Shown: positions 48,787 through 59,497 of the stretch, in pieces
Layout: each line of letters starts with the position of its first letter
Position numbering within the stretch: the stretch's first letter is position 1
Position numbers and translations under genes: made by a program
The notes under the pieces: model-generated
What the model was told of the DNA's origin: nothing
Databases searched by the model: none
The model's input: only the letters and a program-made list of their open reading frames with translations
Assembly: GCA_045591805.1 (NCBI GenBank)
Contig: JAZNTO010000130.1
Location: 2,924-66,923 of the forward strand
DNA length: 64,000 nt
Direction of reading: 5' to 3'
Origin: Akkermansia sp.
Lineage (GTDB): Bacteria; Verrucomicrobiota; Verrucomicrobiia; Verrucomicrobiales; Akkermansiaceae

Positions 48787-50055
48787 ATGACACCTTCTCC
48801 CGCACAAAAGAAAACGCCTTGGGGCTCATTCTGGAGTCTCAGCTTCATACAGTCCATGAACTCGCTCAATGAAAAAGGAGTTCAGTTCCTGCTCATAGCA
48901 CTGGGCATCTGGATGATGAAGGAATTGCAGTATTCTCTCTCCGTCCTCATCGTGCTTCCCTTTGTGTTGTTTTCTCCACTTGCCGGATGGCTGGCAGACC
49001 GATATTGCAAGACTCGCCTGTTACAGGCTATGGTGCTGCTGCAGGTCATAGTGCTGGCGGGCATGACCGCCGGTCTCTTTGCTCACAACCTGTGGGTGAC
49101 GGTGGGTTTCTTTACCGTGTTTTGTGTACAGGCTATGTTTTTCAGTCCCGCCAAGAAAGGTCTGGTGAAGGATATTGTGGGTTCGGAAAATATAGGGTTT
49201 GCCAGTGGTATATTGGAGATTACCTCCATGTTGGCGCTTCTGTTTGGGCAGATTGGTGCCTTGTTTATTGTGTACAATTTGCTGAAAAAATGGGGACCGA
49301 ACGCCGGTTATGAAGCGGCGGCCTGGCCCTGTGCCGTCTGCATGTGCGGGGCTGTGGTGGTGTTTGTATTGAGCCTTTTCATGCCTCGCTTTAAACCGGA
49401 GAGCACGCGCCCCTTCCGCTGGAGCCTGCTGTGGGAGCATTTTGTGCAGCTTCGCAAGCTTTGGCAGGTGCCTGTGTTGCGCAACAGCGAAATTGGTATC
49501 GGCTACTTCTGGTTTATCGCCGGAACAATGATTCTCATTGCTTTGCAGATGGCGGCGGAGGCCAATCCCGTAGCTTCCTCGGCAGATTTTATGCAGATGC
49601 TGGGGCAGCAGAAAGATTCCGCCTTACTCATGGCTTGGATAAGTGGTGGCTCTATTTTGGGCGGTGTGCTCGCCTCTGTTATCTGCGCAGGGAAAATCCG
49701 CACTTGGGTGGCAAATGCCGGCGGGGTAGGCATGACGCTCGGTTGTATTCTGCTGGCTCTGGTACCGTACGGCTCCATGCTATTTTTCCTGTCGCTTTCG
49801 CTCACCGGATTTATGGCTGCGGGCTATCTCGTGCCGCTTAATGCGTTGCTGCAGGATAGAGCGGATAACGATAAACGCGGAGATGTCATTGCTGCCGGCA
49901 ACTTGGTGGACTGTTTCCTAGGTATCATGTCTGTAGTGGTACAGGCCGGCATGAAGGCTGCCGGGCTTTCTCCTCGCGAACAATGTGCCATCTTGGCTGT
50001 CTCTTCTGCTGCCGTGGCTATCTTCATCTACCGCAATATCCGAACGCTTGTCTGA
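48787..50055 (+). CDS. MFS transporter, LplT/Aas-MFS-like
   Basis: LPFVLFSPLAGWLADRYCK, FFSPAKKG, GIGYFWF, VPLNALLQ, VIAAGN. Confidence 0.85.
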   Translation: MTPSPAQKKTPWGSFWSLSFIQSMNSLNEKGVQFLLIALGIWMMKELQYSLSVLIVLPFVLFSPLAGWLADRYCKTRLLQAMVLLQVIVLAGMTAGLFAHNLWVTVGFFTVFCVQAMFFSPAKKGLVKDIVGSENIGFASGILEITSMLALLFGQIGALFIVYNLLKKWGPNAGYEAAAWPCAVCMCGAVVVFVLSLFMPRFKPESTRPFRWSLLWEHFVQLRKLWQVPVLRNSEIGIGYFWFIAGTMILIALQMAAEANPVASSADFMQMLGQQKDSALLMAWISGGSILGGVLASVICAGKIRTWVANAGGVGMTLGCILLALVPYGSMLFFLSLSLTGFMAAGYLVPLNALLQDRADNDKRGDVIAAGNLVDCFLGIMSVVVQAGMKAAGLSPREQCAILAVSSAAVAIFIYRNIRTLV

Positions 50056-50063
50056 ATACGGGC

Positions 50064-50092
50064 TTGCACCCATGCGAGAAATCTGCTAAACT
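50064..50092 (+). promoter_or_regulatory. Sigma70-type promoter
   Basis: TTGCAC-17-TAAACT with TG extension. Confidence 0.65.
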
Positions 50093-50102
50093 TCTTCCCA
50101 CT

Positions 50103-51326
50103 GTGAGACGCACTCTGACCATCATAATCGCTCTTCTGACTCTCTCCGCGTGTAGTCTGGAGCAGCGTCTGGCTCGCACCTCGGCCGAGGTGGAAGATAT
50201 TTTTGCAGCTGCTCGTGAGTGGGAGCAGTTGCCATTGCGCACGATATCTTGGAATCAGGCTCTTTCCATGATATACAACAACAACGCAGAGTTGGCTAAG
50301 CTCACTGCAAGCATTGAACGCAGCGAACGCGAGGAGCTCAGTATCTACACGGATATGATTCCGGGAGTGTCGTATTATGGCTACATGACCAAGAGTATCA
50401 ACGATTTGGCCAGGCAGTACTCCTCGGATGATATGAACACCACGCTCAATGTCACCTTTAATCTGCCCTCTCTCACCAATATACCTTATCGTGTGTATTC
50501 TGCTGCAGCTTCGACATTTGCAGCCATTAAAACAAAGGAGGGGAAAGAGCGCGAGCTGCTTGCCAAGCTCTACAGCCAGACTAGAACGCATGACCTAGAG
50601 CTCAGAAAACGAGCTCTGGAGAACAAAAATCCGGATATAACGCAAGACAGCCGTATTCTGAAAGATGCTGAGTATCGCCGGGCGGATGTCTCGCACTGGA
50701 GCTCTATGGCGGAGCTGCTTGGGGATTATTCCGCACGTTGGTGTATTCTGCCCGAATCGCTGCCACGCGTGAGCTGGAGCACCTATTCATCCCGCCTCAA
50801 TAAGTTGGATCAGCTCACCATCTGTCGTTTCGCGCTTCAGCTGGAGCGTGCTCGCTTGGGTATGTACGGTATTGCTCTGCAATACCTACCCACCATCAAT
50901 ACAAATCTTTATAGCCCCTCGCTTTTCTCATCCTCCGGCGGAACCTACCAAGGTACCTTTCTGGACGGAGAGGAAACAAAAATTAACCTGAACCTCAGCT
51001 ACAGGCTCGATACCCAGCTGGATACCTGGCACTCCTATAAAGACAGAAAAGACGAGTACGAGAATGTCAAGCGCGAGGTTTCTGCTGCCATCATGGAGCA
51101 CAAGCTCAAATTGCAGCAGTTGCGCCGCAGCGTGCAGGACTACAATAGCTGGCGCAGCTACATGCAGAAGCGAATCCGCTATACTCGGGAAACTCCCGTC
51201 ACCACGGCGGAAGAGCAGCTCACTCGCGATAAAGCTGTGCTCGATATGCAGATCGAGCTGCTGAATCAGGAATCAAAAGCCGTCGAGTCCGAAAGCGCTG
51301 TGCTGCTGGAATACGGCTTGCTGTAA
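50103..51326 (+). CDS. Outer-membrane efflux (TolC-like) lipoprotein
   Basis: GTG start, lipobox LSAC, ISWNQAL..NN.EL, and a twice-repeated helix/P-beta-strand pattern. Confidence 0.6.
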   Translation: MRRTLTIIIALLTLSACSLEQRLARTSAEVEDIFAAAREWEQLPLRTISWNQALSMIYNNNAELAKLTASIERSEREELSIYTDMIPGVSYYGYMTKSINDLARQYSSDDMNTTLNVTFNLPSLTNIPYRVYSAAASTFAAIKTKEGKERELLAKLYSQTRTHDLELRKRALENKNPDITQDSRILKDAEYRRADVSHWSSMAELLGDYSARWCILPESLPRVSWSTYSSRLNKLDQLTICRFALQLERARLGMYGIALQYLPTINTNLYSPSLFSSSGGTYQGTFLDGEETKINLNLSYRLDTQLDTWHSYKDRKDEYENVKREVSAAIMEHKLKLQQLRRSVQDYNSWRSYMQKRIRYTRETPVTTAEEQLTRDKAVLDMQIELLNQESKAVESESAVLLEYGLL

Positions 51327-51404
51327 GATACATGGTATCAGGGGTGGAGAGGTCTTGCAGATGTTGTTGGCCGACCATACGGTTAGGTAAAGAGTGACCC
51401 AAGG

Positions 51405-51432
51405 CATATCCCTTTCGCTCGAAAGGGATATG
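51405..51432. repeat. Perfect 13-bp inverted repeat in an intergenic region
   Basis: CATATCCCTTTCG-CT-CGAAAGGGATATG. Confidence 0.9.
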
Positions 51433-51518
51433 AGCTCCTACAAAACTAAAGCAAGCCGCGCATATGCACGGGGAACTGAACACTAACCTTCAAAAGTCAA
51501 AATCTGACTTCCCTGCGG

Positions 51519-54500
51519 TCACCCGGCTTTTTTAGCAGGGTGTTTGGGCTTGTAGCGAGTGTTACCGGGTTTGTCTGTTGCGGAGGGCGGGGCTCCGCGC
51601 AGGGCGCGGTCTAAGCCGAATTTCCACTGCAGGTCATCTATTTTGCCATAGATGAGGATGTCTATCATGAAGTCGGAGAGGAAGGTAATAGGCGAGAGAA
51701 TGATTGTCGGCAAGCTGGTGATACCCGGCCAGAGATTGCCGCGTATGTAGGTCGTTTCCAAATCCACATCGAGCTTCATCTTAACATCCAGATTGTAGCC
51801 GATGGCTTTCATATCGTAGGCTCGCAGGTGGCCTTTGGCGATGGCGAACTTGGCGTAGGCATCCTGAATGTCGTAAGCAAAAAGGTGGTTGTAGCCGGGT
51901 ATCAACCTAGCTTGGTTTCCGATGGTGGTAATAGCCCTGCCGGTACCGGAGAAGATGCCGTCTATGTAGCCGGTTTCTTTTGCCGTATTCTGATTCTTGG
52001 CAGCCGATTCAAACAAGAGCAGCTTAGAGGGCAAATCCGATACAAGACTGGCAACCGGTTGGAAGATGGTGAACCCCATGAGGTCCCCATTCACGACACT
52101 GACTTCGCCGTAGCCTTGCAACGCTTCCAAATCCGGAGAAGGGGCGCGGAAACGTAACTGCCCATTACAAAGGGCGGAGCTGTATTCTACGCCGTAAGAT
52201 TTGAGAATGCTTTTCAGGTTCATGTTGTGGGCAGAGACAAGCCCATCGAACGCAGTACGACGCCCGCTGAAATCTATCTTCACCGCCGCGTTGAGCACAC
52301 CTTCCCAGCACGCTGCGTTCATTTTGTCCAGCAGCACATAATCGTCTGTCAGCCGGATGAAGCCGGAGAACTTGTCCAGCGGCAAGGTTGTGCCAAGGAA
52401 GCGGAACCCGGCGCGCTTAGGCACTTCTATCTTAATAAGTCCGCTCATGGGGCGTTTGCAATCGGAGTAGATTGGGAACACGCAGCTCTTCGTCTCTACT
52501 TTTGCGGGGTAAGGCAGAACAATGTCCTCCAGGAAATGGCGAAGTGGGGCGTAGTACATCCCCAAGGAGTAGTGGGGATATATGAAGCCGCTTATGTTGA
52601 CCAGCTCCACAAAGCTATTCTGCACATCGATGATGACCGCATCTCCTACCATGGTGGTATTGGAGTGTTTTCTGTTTGCCTGTTGCAGGGCATCCGAACT
52701 CAGTCCGGTACCTTGCCTATCCGTGCTCCGGAACCAAGGTGTGTTATCGAAGCGCATCGTGATGTCGCCGATGGTGACCACGCATTCATCCTTGGGGGCG
52801 GGTTTCCCTTCCTGCGGCTCGTGGTAGCGCACTTTGGAGCGCACATAGCATGTGGCATGCTCTGCCAAGGTATAGGGATAAGTACCCAAATCCGTACGCA
52901 ATTTTTCGTTGCCCTGAGCATCTTCCTGTATGACAGAAAGTTGATACTCTGTATTGTGCAGCTCAACGTTGCAGAAAGAGTCGACGCTCAGCCCGTGGGC
53001 ATAGTCCACTTTGACGTCGATATTGGTGATGATGTTCCGGCCTGTATTACCGAAACGGAAATCGCGTATGATACCGTGTGCCGTGTCCGAGTCAATGAGT
53101 TTATCCACCACATCGGCTCGTATGGTATTGTTGCCCGTGACGCTAAGCTCCCCGCGCGTGCTGCCTTTCACAACACCTTCGAAACAATCTTCCCCATGCG
53201 TGAGCTTTACATCTGCCCGGTACGAGATATCATCCCCGGCATCCGGAGTAAGCGTAAGCTGTGTTTGCAGCCCCACCGGTACCTCTGCGCCTTGGAACGC
53301 TTTGACCCGCACGGGCGTGCGCACCAGTTGCGGTATCGTCAGGTCGAACTTGGCGGCTTCAAGGCGCTTTTTGTCGCTATTGATAGTGAGGTAACCCTGG
53401 GCTGTGAGTTTTTCCGGCAGTTTTATCTGCGGAATCTGTATATTAAAGTGCTCGAGAAGTCCGGCGAAAGATTGCGGAGCCAAGGCTAACCGAATGTCAT
53501 GCAGGGTAGGGGCTTGCAGGTTCCGGCCGTCGATTCGGGCGGAGATTGTATTGATCGCCGCGGTATTGTCCTTGCCGGGCAAGGTGAGGGAGAAATGAGC
53601 CTGCCCTTGCTGCTCCTCCGCAAGAACCAGCCCCAGCGCGGCTTGCCCCATGGCTGAACCCTCGTGCAGGATTTGGGCAATATCGGCATTTATCTGTGCG
53701 GTGGCAAAATAGCCGGAGGCCGCATCTGAGACCGTGTTTATACCTTTGAGGCCGGAGATTTGCAGTTTTATCCCTTCTGCCTCTATCTTGCCGTGCTGCA
53801 AGGAGGCCAGCATGCAATCTGCCGCCATCTCTTCGATACGGAGATGCCCTTGTGTCATGCTCAGCCCGCTGAGGCAAATGTTGGCAGAAGCTTCTGCCAA
53901 CTGTACACCCGGCATGCAGAACTTGCCTAGCTGAGCCTTTTCTCCGGGACTTATTTGAATCTTTTCTATATTCAAAGCATTGTCATGGTAGCATATGGCA
54001 TCGGCCGCAATGTTTAATGCTATTTGTTCCAGAGTGGCTTGCTCTGTGGGACTGAATTTAGCAGCAGACAGTTCGACTTCCAGTTTATCTGCGCCGATAG
54101 GAAGCTTATTTTCTGCCTGGTGTATACCGGAGGCTATGAGCCGAAGGCGCGGGGCGGTAAATCTCATGTTCTCGTAGCTCAGCGAGTCGAGCGAGAGCTC
54201 GATATCTGCAGAAGAGATGTCAGGAGTCAACTCCTGCCAGTTGCTCCGCCCCGGTGTAAAGGTTTGCGTGGTGAGATTGGCGGCCAGATTCAGGCTGAGG
54301 CGCTCTCCGAGTTCGAGGCCGGTCGGCAGTTGCACCGGAGTGGGCAGGAGCTTGTTGAGCAGCTCCAAACTGTCCCGGATATTGAGATTGGCATGGACTT
54401 TTGCCCGCCCGCTGCCTTTGTTGGCCGTGGCGGTCAGGTCTATACTGTTGTCGGCAAATTGAATACCCAAGCCATTGAGGTTGAAATTGCCATCCTTGTA

Positions 54501-55628
54501 AAAGAAGCTAAGTGTGAGCTTGTCCACACAGGTTCCATCTATATATAGTTCCTGCTGCTCCAGCTCTCCGTTCAGAGTCAGGTTGGTGAGCGAGAAATCC
54601 GGCTCCAAGCCCAGAGAGCCTCGCAGCCGGATGTGCGGTGCCTTGTCCGGTGCGTGTGTCATTTTGGACAGAATGCCGCTTTTCTCCTTGCCCAAAATTT
54701 GTGTAATGAGGGGGATGAGCGTGGCATCGCTTTCAAAATCGAAACCCAGATTCCGCAATTTCCATTCGTATGCACCCTGCAACGAGGCGGAGGAGGGGGG
54801 CTCTATGGTCTCGAAACTCAACATATGGATGGCTATGGTATCATCCTTGTAGGCAAGGTCTGCTTTGGCATTGCGGAAGTGAAACATCTTGTAGTCGAAG
54901 CGAGGCAGCTCTGCCTGTACAGCCATGCTGAGCTTCTCGCCGACATCCAGATGCACGTGTATGCTCGGCGTTTCGTGCGGCTCCCAGTTCTGGTCTTTGA
55001 GTATGCGGTATACTTTGTTCGTGTAGGGAGCATACTCGGCCAGCAGTGCCGGGATATCGATTGGCTGCGGTTCCACCTGGCTCGTTGTGGTGCCGGAACT
55101 CGTTTCGCCGCTTTTCCGGATATCTCCGCTGGCTCGTACGACAACCCCGTCTATGTTGAGCGCTGCTGAAGAAAGGCGCATGTTACCGCCGGAGTCAAAC
55201 TCGGTAGCAATGGTGATGTCTCTGACTCTTAGCTTTTTCCCGGGACGATCCGTCACAGGTAAGGCGAGCACAGCCCGCTTGAGCGTGGCAGAGTCCGGGC
55301 AAACTTCGCCGGTGAATAGCAGGCGGAAAGCCTTTACGCCCACCGTCAGAGATCTGGCGGTGAGCAGTGGCTCCGTATCTTGGGGCGTCGCATAGACTTT
55401 TATATTCTCCGCTTTGAGCGCAAGCCCTTTGTAGGGGGCCAGTCGCAGGGACTCCACTCGCAGAGCGACACCTTGTTCCATGGCTAGCTGTTCCAGGCGG
55501 CGCAAGACGCTTTCCGGCAGCCCCACCAGCGAAAGCCAGGCCACGGTAAGACACAAAAACAGAAAACCCACCAGACAGATGGTCGGTATGTGTGAGCCAA
55601 CGCGTCTGATGGTGAGTTTTCTGCTCAT
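51519..55628 (-). CDS. Large AsmA/TamB/YhdP-like bridge protein
   Basis: N-terminal TM, 1369 aa beta-rich, AsmA-like C-terminus (LQGYGEVSVVNGDL, YGKIDDLQW). Confidence 0.7.
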   Translation of the reverse strand: MSRKLTIRRVGSHIPTICLVGFLFLCLTVAWLSLVGLPESVLRRLEQLAMEQGVALRVESLRLAPYKGLALKAENIKVYATPQDTEPLLTARSLTVGVKAFRLLFTGEVCPDSATLKRAVLALPVTDRPGKKLRVRDITIATEFDSGGNMRLSSAALNIDGVVVRASGDIRKSGETSSGTTTSQVEPQPIDIPALLAEYAPYTNKVYRILKDQNWEPHETPSIHVHLDVGEKLSMAVQAELPRFDYKMFHFRNAKADLAYKDDTIAIHMLSFETIEPPSSASLQGAYEWKLRNLGFDFESDATLIPLITQILGKEKSGILSKMTHAPDKAPHIRLRGSLGLEPDFSLTNLTLNGELEQQELYIDGTCVDKLTLSFFYKDGNFNLNGLGIQFADNSIDLTATANKGSGRAKVHANLNIRDSLELLNKLLPTPVQLPTGLELGERLSLNLAANLTTQTFTPGRSNWQELTPDISSADIELSLDSLSYENMRFTAPRLRLIASGIHQAENKLPIGADKLEVELSAAKFSPTEQATLEQIALNIAADAICYHDNALNIEKIQISPGEKAQLGKFCMPGVQLAEASANICLSGLSMTQGHLRIEEMAADCMLASLQHGKIEAEGIKLQISGLKGINTVSDAASGYFATAQINADIAQILHEGSAMGQAALGLVLAEEQQGQAHFSLTLPGKDNTAAINTISARIDGRNLQAPTLHDIRLALAPQSFAGLLEHFNIQIPQIKLPEKLTAQGYLTINSDKKRLEAAKFDLTIPQLVRTPVRVKAFQGAEVPVGLQTQLTLTPDAGDDISYRADVKLTHGEDCFEGVVKGSTRGELSVTGNNTIRADVVDKLIDSDTAHGIIRDFRFGNTGRNIITNIDVKVDYAHGLSVDSFCNVELHNTEYQLSVIQEDAQGNEKLRTDLGTYPYTLAEHATCYVRSKVRYHEPQEGKPAPKDECVVTIGDITMRFDNTPWFRSTDRQGTGLSSDALQQANRKHSNTTMVGDAVIIDVQNSFVELVNISGFIYPHYSLGMYYAPLRHFLEDIVLPYPAKVETKSCVFPIYSDCKRPMSGLIKIEVPKRAGFRFLGTTLPLDKFSGFIRLTDDYVLLDKMNAACWEGVLNAAVKIDFSGRRTAFDGLVSAHNMNLKSILKSYGVEYSSALCNGQLRFRAPSPDLEALQGYGEVSVVNGDLMGFTIFQPVASLVSDLPSKLLLFESAAKNQNTAKETGYIDGIFSGTGRAITTIGNQARLIPGYNHLFAYDIQDAYAKFAIAKGHLRAYDMKAIGYNLDVKMKLDVDLETTYIRGNLWPGITSLPTIILSPITFLSDFMIDILIYGKIDDLQWKFGLDRALRGAPPSATDKPGNTRYKPKHPAKKAG

Positions 55629-55655
55629 ACGGCCTCGGGGCTTTTGCTTTGAGCG

Positions 55656-56042
55656 TTAAATCTCCGGGTCTGATTCGCCCTCCGGCAGCGGAGGCGCTTT
55701 CGGTAAGTTTTTATCGATATCGTCCAGCAGGTTCACCAAGTCGACTCCTCGCTGGGCGGAATTATCGTGTTTGAAGGTTAGCTTAGGCGTGTTGCGCAGG
55801 ACAACACGCTTGCTGACAGCTTTCTGGATAAGCGCGCGGTTGCGGGTAAGTTTTTCGATGACCTGTGCCGGAGCCATGCGTCCCACCACGCCGACCCATA
55901 CGCGCCCCTCCTTCAGGTCTTCTGTAATTTCGACCTGAAGGATGGAAACGATGGTCCCGCTCCACTCAAACTCCTTCTGCACGAAGGAGCCGATTTCGCG
56001 TTTCATCAATTCGTTTACTTTATCGAGTCGGCGTGTTGCCAT
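55656..56042 (-). CDS. rbfA: Ribosome-binding factor A
   Basis: RRLDKVNELMKREIG, LRNTPKLTFKHDNS. Follows infB. Confidence 0.93.
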   Translation of the reverse strand: MATRRLDKVNELMKREIGSFVQKEFEWSGTIVSILQVEITEDLKEGRVWVGVVGRMAPAQVIEKLTRNRALIQKAVSKRVVLRNTPKLTFKHDNSAQRGVDLVNLLDDIDKNLPKAPPLPEGESDPEI

Positions 56043-56051
56043 ATTTGCTGT

Positions 56052-58064
56052 TTACAGAGTTTGCTTAATTTTTTCGAGGGAGTAGCATTCGATGATGTCG
56101 CCCTCCTCGTAGTCGTTGTAGTCTGCCAGGCGGATACCGCACTCCAGACCGGCCTTGACCTCCTCCACTTCGTCTTGGAAGCGGCGCAGGGTGGACATCT
56201 TGCCGTCGAATACCACCTGGCCGTCGCGGAGAACACGAGCCTCGGCAGTGCGCAGCATCTTGCCGTCCGATACATAAGACCCGGCTGCGCGGCCTTTGTT
56301 CAATTTGAACACCTGCTTAATTTCGGCATGACCCAGCACCGTCTCGCGAGTTTCGGGCTCAAGCAGACCCAACATGGCGTCCTTCACCTGGTCGATAAGC
56401 TCGTACACGATGGAGAAAATCTTTACCTGCACGCCCTCGCGTTTCACGGCTTTTACGGCGTTGCTCTCCACCTTTACATTGAAGCCCAGAATCACGGCAT
56501 CGGAGGAGGAGGCCAGCAGTACATCGCTCTCGGAAATCGGGCCGGCGGCTGCTCCTATGAACTGGCACTCCACCTTTTCGCTCTCTATATCCAGAATCGC
56601 TTTCTTGATGGCTTCCACGGAGCCTTGCACATCGCCCTTCAGATAGAGCTTGAGCACGGCCTTCTGGTTGCCGTCGCCCATCATAGCAAGGATATCCTCC
56701 ATGCGGGAGCGGCGCGGCGCGCTGAGGCGTTCGCGGCGCAGATCCTCTTGGCGTTCCTCGGCCAGCTTACGAGCCTCGCGCTCGTTTTTCATTTCCACGA
56801 GTTCATCGCCCACATTCGGGGTTTGCAGGAACCCGGAAACTTCCGCCGGCATGCCGGGCGTAACTTTTTTGATGGCCTTGCCCTGGTCGTTGAACAGGGT
56901 CTTAATCTTGCCGGAGTAAGGGCCGCAGATGAAAGGCATACCAACCTTGAGCGTACCGCTCTGTACGATGACGGTGGCAGAGCTGCCCTTGCCTTGCTCC
57001 ATACGAGCTTCGATGATAGAGGCTCGGCAGTTTGCACGCGGATTCGCCTTGAGCTCCAGCACTTCGGCTTGCAAGCAGAGAAGATCCAGCAGGTTGTCGA
57101 TACCATCTCCCGTGTGGGCTGATACGTCAACGCACTCTATATCGCCGCCAAAATCCGTGGGCATGAGCCCCTCTTCCATGAGCTGGGTGCGCACACGCAC
57201 CGGATCGGCAGCCGGAAGGTCGCACTTGTTTACAGCTACGATGATGGTCTTACCCGCAGCCTTGGCGTGGGTTATCGCCTCGCGGGTCTGAGGCATGATT
57301 CCATCGTTCGCTGCCACTACCAGTACCACAATATCGGTGACGTCCGCTCCGCGTGCACGCATCTCTGTAAAGATGGCGTGGCCGGGCGTGTCGATGAATG
57401 TCAGCACATTGCCGCCGTGGTCCACATGTCCCATTACGGTGATAATGGGGGTGCGCACCTTCAGCGAATCCTCCGGTTCTTCCTCCACAGCTACAGGTTC
57501 CGGCTCCTTCACCACTTCCACGGGGGCCTTGACGCCGGCGCCTTTCTCGCGCTTGACACGCTCAAAGGAGTAGCCATGTTTCTCGCAGAGGGCTGCCACT
57601 TGGTCGCTGTCCAGCGAGGTGGTGGGGTTGGCAAATACACCCATGGGCATCAGCTCCGCGATGAGCTTGAAGGGTTTCAGGTTCATGGCCGCTGCCAGCT
57701 CTGCCACGGAAACAGGCGGTTTTACGTTGATAATCTTCTCGCCATCGCCGGTGCTTGCAGCAGGTGCCGGAGCCGGCTTGACTTCGGGAGTCGGAGCCGG
57801 GGTGGGCTTGGGTGCCGGCGCAGGCTTGGGCTCGGGGCGCGCAGGCTGTGCCGGGGCTGCCTTTTTGCGCTGGGGACTCAGCAAATCCAAGGCTGCTTTT
57901 TTGGCCGGAGCCGGGGCAGGGGTCTTCTTTGCCGGAGCCGGGGCAGCCTGCTTGCGGGGGGCGGGGGTAGGCGTTGCACTAGCCGCCGGAGCGGGAGCCT
58001 GCTTTTTCTTTTTGCTGCCTCCGAGCAAATCCAGAACCTCGGGCTTTTTCTTCTGTTCAGACAT
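56052..58064 (-). CDS. infB: Translation initiation factor IF-2 (in-frame ~33-aa gap in the G domain)
   Basis: [38 protein letters not shown]. The KT and GGITQH segments are missing. Confidence 0.93.
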   Translation of the reverse strand: MSEQKKKPEVLDLLGGSKKKKQAPAPAASATPTPAPRKQAAPAPAKKTPAPAPAKKAALDLLSPQRKKAAPAQPARPEPKPAPAPKPTPAPTPEVKPAPAPAASTGDGEKIINVKPPVSVAELAAAMNLKPFKLIAELMPMGVFANPTTSLDSDQVAALCEKHGYSFERVKREKGAGVKAPVEVVKEPEPVAVEEEPEDSLKVRTPIITVMGHVDHGGNVLTFIDTPGHAIFTEMRARGADVTDIVVLVVAANDGIMPQTREAITHAKAAGKTIIVAVNKCDLPAADPVRVRTQLMEEGLMPTDFGGDIECVDVSAHTGDGIDNLLDLLCLQAEVLELKANPRANCRASIIEARMEQGKGSSATVIVQSGTLKVGMPFICGPYSGKIKTLFNDQGKAIKKVTPGMPAEVSGFLQTPNVGDELVEMKNEREARKLAEERQEDLRRERLSAPRRSRMEDILAMMGDGNQKAVLKLYLKGDVQGSVEAIKKAILDIESEKVECQFIGAAAGPISESDVLLASSSDAVILGFNVKVESNAVKAVKREGVQVKIFSIVYELIDQVKDAMLGLLEPETRETVLGHAEIKQVFKLNKGRAAGSYVSDGKMLRTAEARVLRDGQVVFDGKMSTLRRFQDEVEEVKAGLECGIRLADYNDYEEGDIIECYSLEKIKQTL

Positions 58065-58112
58065 GTGAAAATCTGGGGTTACTCCTGATGGGGGGATGTT
58101 CTTCCTATGCGT

Positions 58113-59399
58113 TTAGGCATTCTTGGCCTTATCAACGATGGCAAACGCCTCTTCCTCGCTTATTCCCAAAGCATCCACCAAATCCTCGGGCTGCACATAG
58201 CTGGCAATACCCTGCACGGTGGTGAAGCCGGCGGCTATCATATCTGCCGCAAGCTCAGGGCTGATTTCGAGTGCGGTTACAAGCTCGTTTGCTCCCTCTG
58301 AAGCCAGACTCTTGGTGCGGGTCATGTTGTCGTAGGGTTCTACGCGCACATCCCACTTGTCATTCGGGGAGGTAATCAGGCGGGAGGTCAGGCGCACATT
58401 CTGCCCCCTGCGGCCTTTGGCTTTGGCGGCGGCTTTGTCGTCTGCCACGTAAACGGTAACAATGCGACGCTCGTTATCGACATCTATCTTGACCGGGTCT
58501 ATGGGTGCCAGAGATTCCTGTACCATGGCTGCCTTATCCTCTGAGTACTCCAGAATATCGATTTTCTCGCGGTTGAGCTCGTTCACCACATTCTTTACGC
58601 GGGCTCCGCGCATACCAACGCAAGCGCCGATGGGATCCACATTCGGATCCTCGCTGCGCACCACCATCTTGGTGCGGTAGCCGGCATCGCGCACGATGTT
58701 GACGATTTCCACCGTGTGTTCGTAAATTTCCATCACCTCGCTCTCAAAGAGGCGGCGCACTAAGTTGGGGTGGCTGCGGGAGAGGATGAGCTCGTGCCCA
58801 CGGGCGCCATCTCGTACCTCCTCCACATAGAAGCGCAGCTGGTCGCCGGGCGAGTAATCCTCGCCGGGAATCCGCTTGCGAAGCGGCATAATACCCTCAA
58901 ACTTGTCTACTTCCACTATCACATCCCCCTTGTCGTAGCGGCGCACGGTGCCGGTTACCAGCTCACCCACGCGATCCTTGAATGCGTCCGCCAGCATCTC
59001 CTGCTCTGCTTTGCGTATGCGCTGCTGCATGGTCTGGCGCGCAGTTTGCACGGCGATTCGGCCGAAGTCGCGCGGGGTGATGTTCATCACGATATTTTGG
59101 CCTACTTCCACCGTTTTGCCGTTGCGGGCTGCCATAGCAAGGGCATCCGTGTATTTCACCTCGTTAAAGGGATCTGCAAAATCCTCATCGGCAACCACTT
59201 CCATGCGTGCCTTTATCTTCACGCTGTTTTTTTGCGGGTCGACCACGGCCTTGATGTGGCGTATGCGCTCAGCTCCGGGTACCATCTTGGAGTAGGCGGT
59301 GAGGAAGGAGGCTTCGAGAGCCTGCAAGACGCGCTCGCGAGTAAGATCCTTCTCGCGAACGTAGAAATCGATGAGAGCGGAGATATCTGTGGCTGCCAT
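58113..59399 (-). CDS. nusA: Transcription elongation factor NusA
   Basis: FGRIAVQTARQ, S1 domain, LSRSHP, RDAGYRTK, GACVGMRGARV, GQNVRL. Confidence 0.96.
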   Translation of the reverse strand: MAATDISALIDFYVREKDLTRERVLQALEASFLTAYSKMVPGAERIRHIKAVVDPQKNSVKIKARMEVVADEDFADPFNEVKYTDALAMAARNGKTVEVGQNIVMNITPRDFGRIAVQTARQTMQQRIRKAEQEMLADAFKDRVGELVTGTVRRYDKGDVIVEVDKFEGIMPLRKRIPGEDYSPGDQLRFYVEEVRDGARGHELILSRSHPNLVRRLFESEVMEIYEHTVEIVNIVRDAGYRTKMVVRSEDPNVDPIGACVGMRGARVKNVVNELNREKIDILEYSEDKAAMVQESLAPIDPVKIDVDNERRIVTVYVADDKAAAKAKGRRGQNVRLTSRLITSPNDKWDVRVEPYDNMTRTKSLASEGANELVTALEISPELAADMIAAGFTTVQGIASYVQPEDLVDALGISEEEAFAIVDKAKNA

Positions 59400-59437
59400 A
59401 ATGTTTCGTTGCTTGTGATTGGTGGTGAGCCGGCTAC

Positions 59438-59466
59438 AAAAAAGGAGCGGGCTTGTGACCCACCCC
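59438..59466 (-). promoter_or_regulatory. rimP-leader-like terminator/attenuator upstream of nusA
   Basis: GGGGTGGGT-CACAA-GCCCGCTCC-TTTTTT between the promoter and nusA. Confidence 0.7.
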
Positions 59467-59497
59467 AATCTCATAGGACCGGAACTTGTACGCGCGT

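Noticed and set aside
51390-51450. c-di-GMP riboswitch or tmRNA/tRNA
   Set aside because: GAAA is in the stem rather than a tetraloop, there is no downstream same-strand gene, and no T-loop/CCA end was found.
57760-58040. Repetitive GCCGGAGC/PAPA-rich DNA as a repeat array
   Set aside because: It is low-complexity coding sequence of the IF2 N-terminal linker, with no regular repeat-spacer period.
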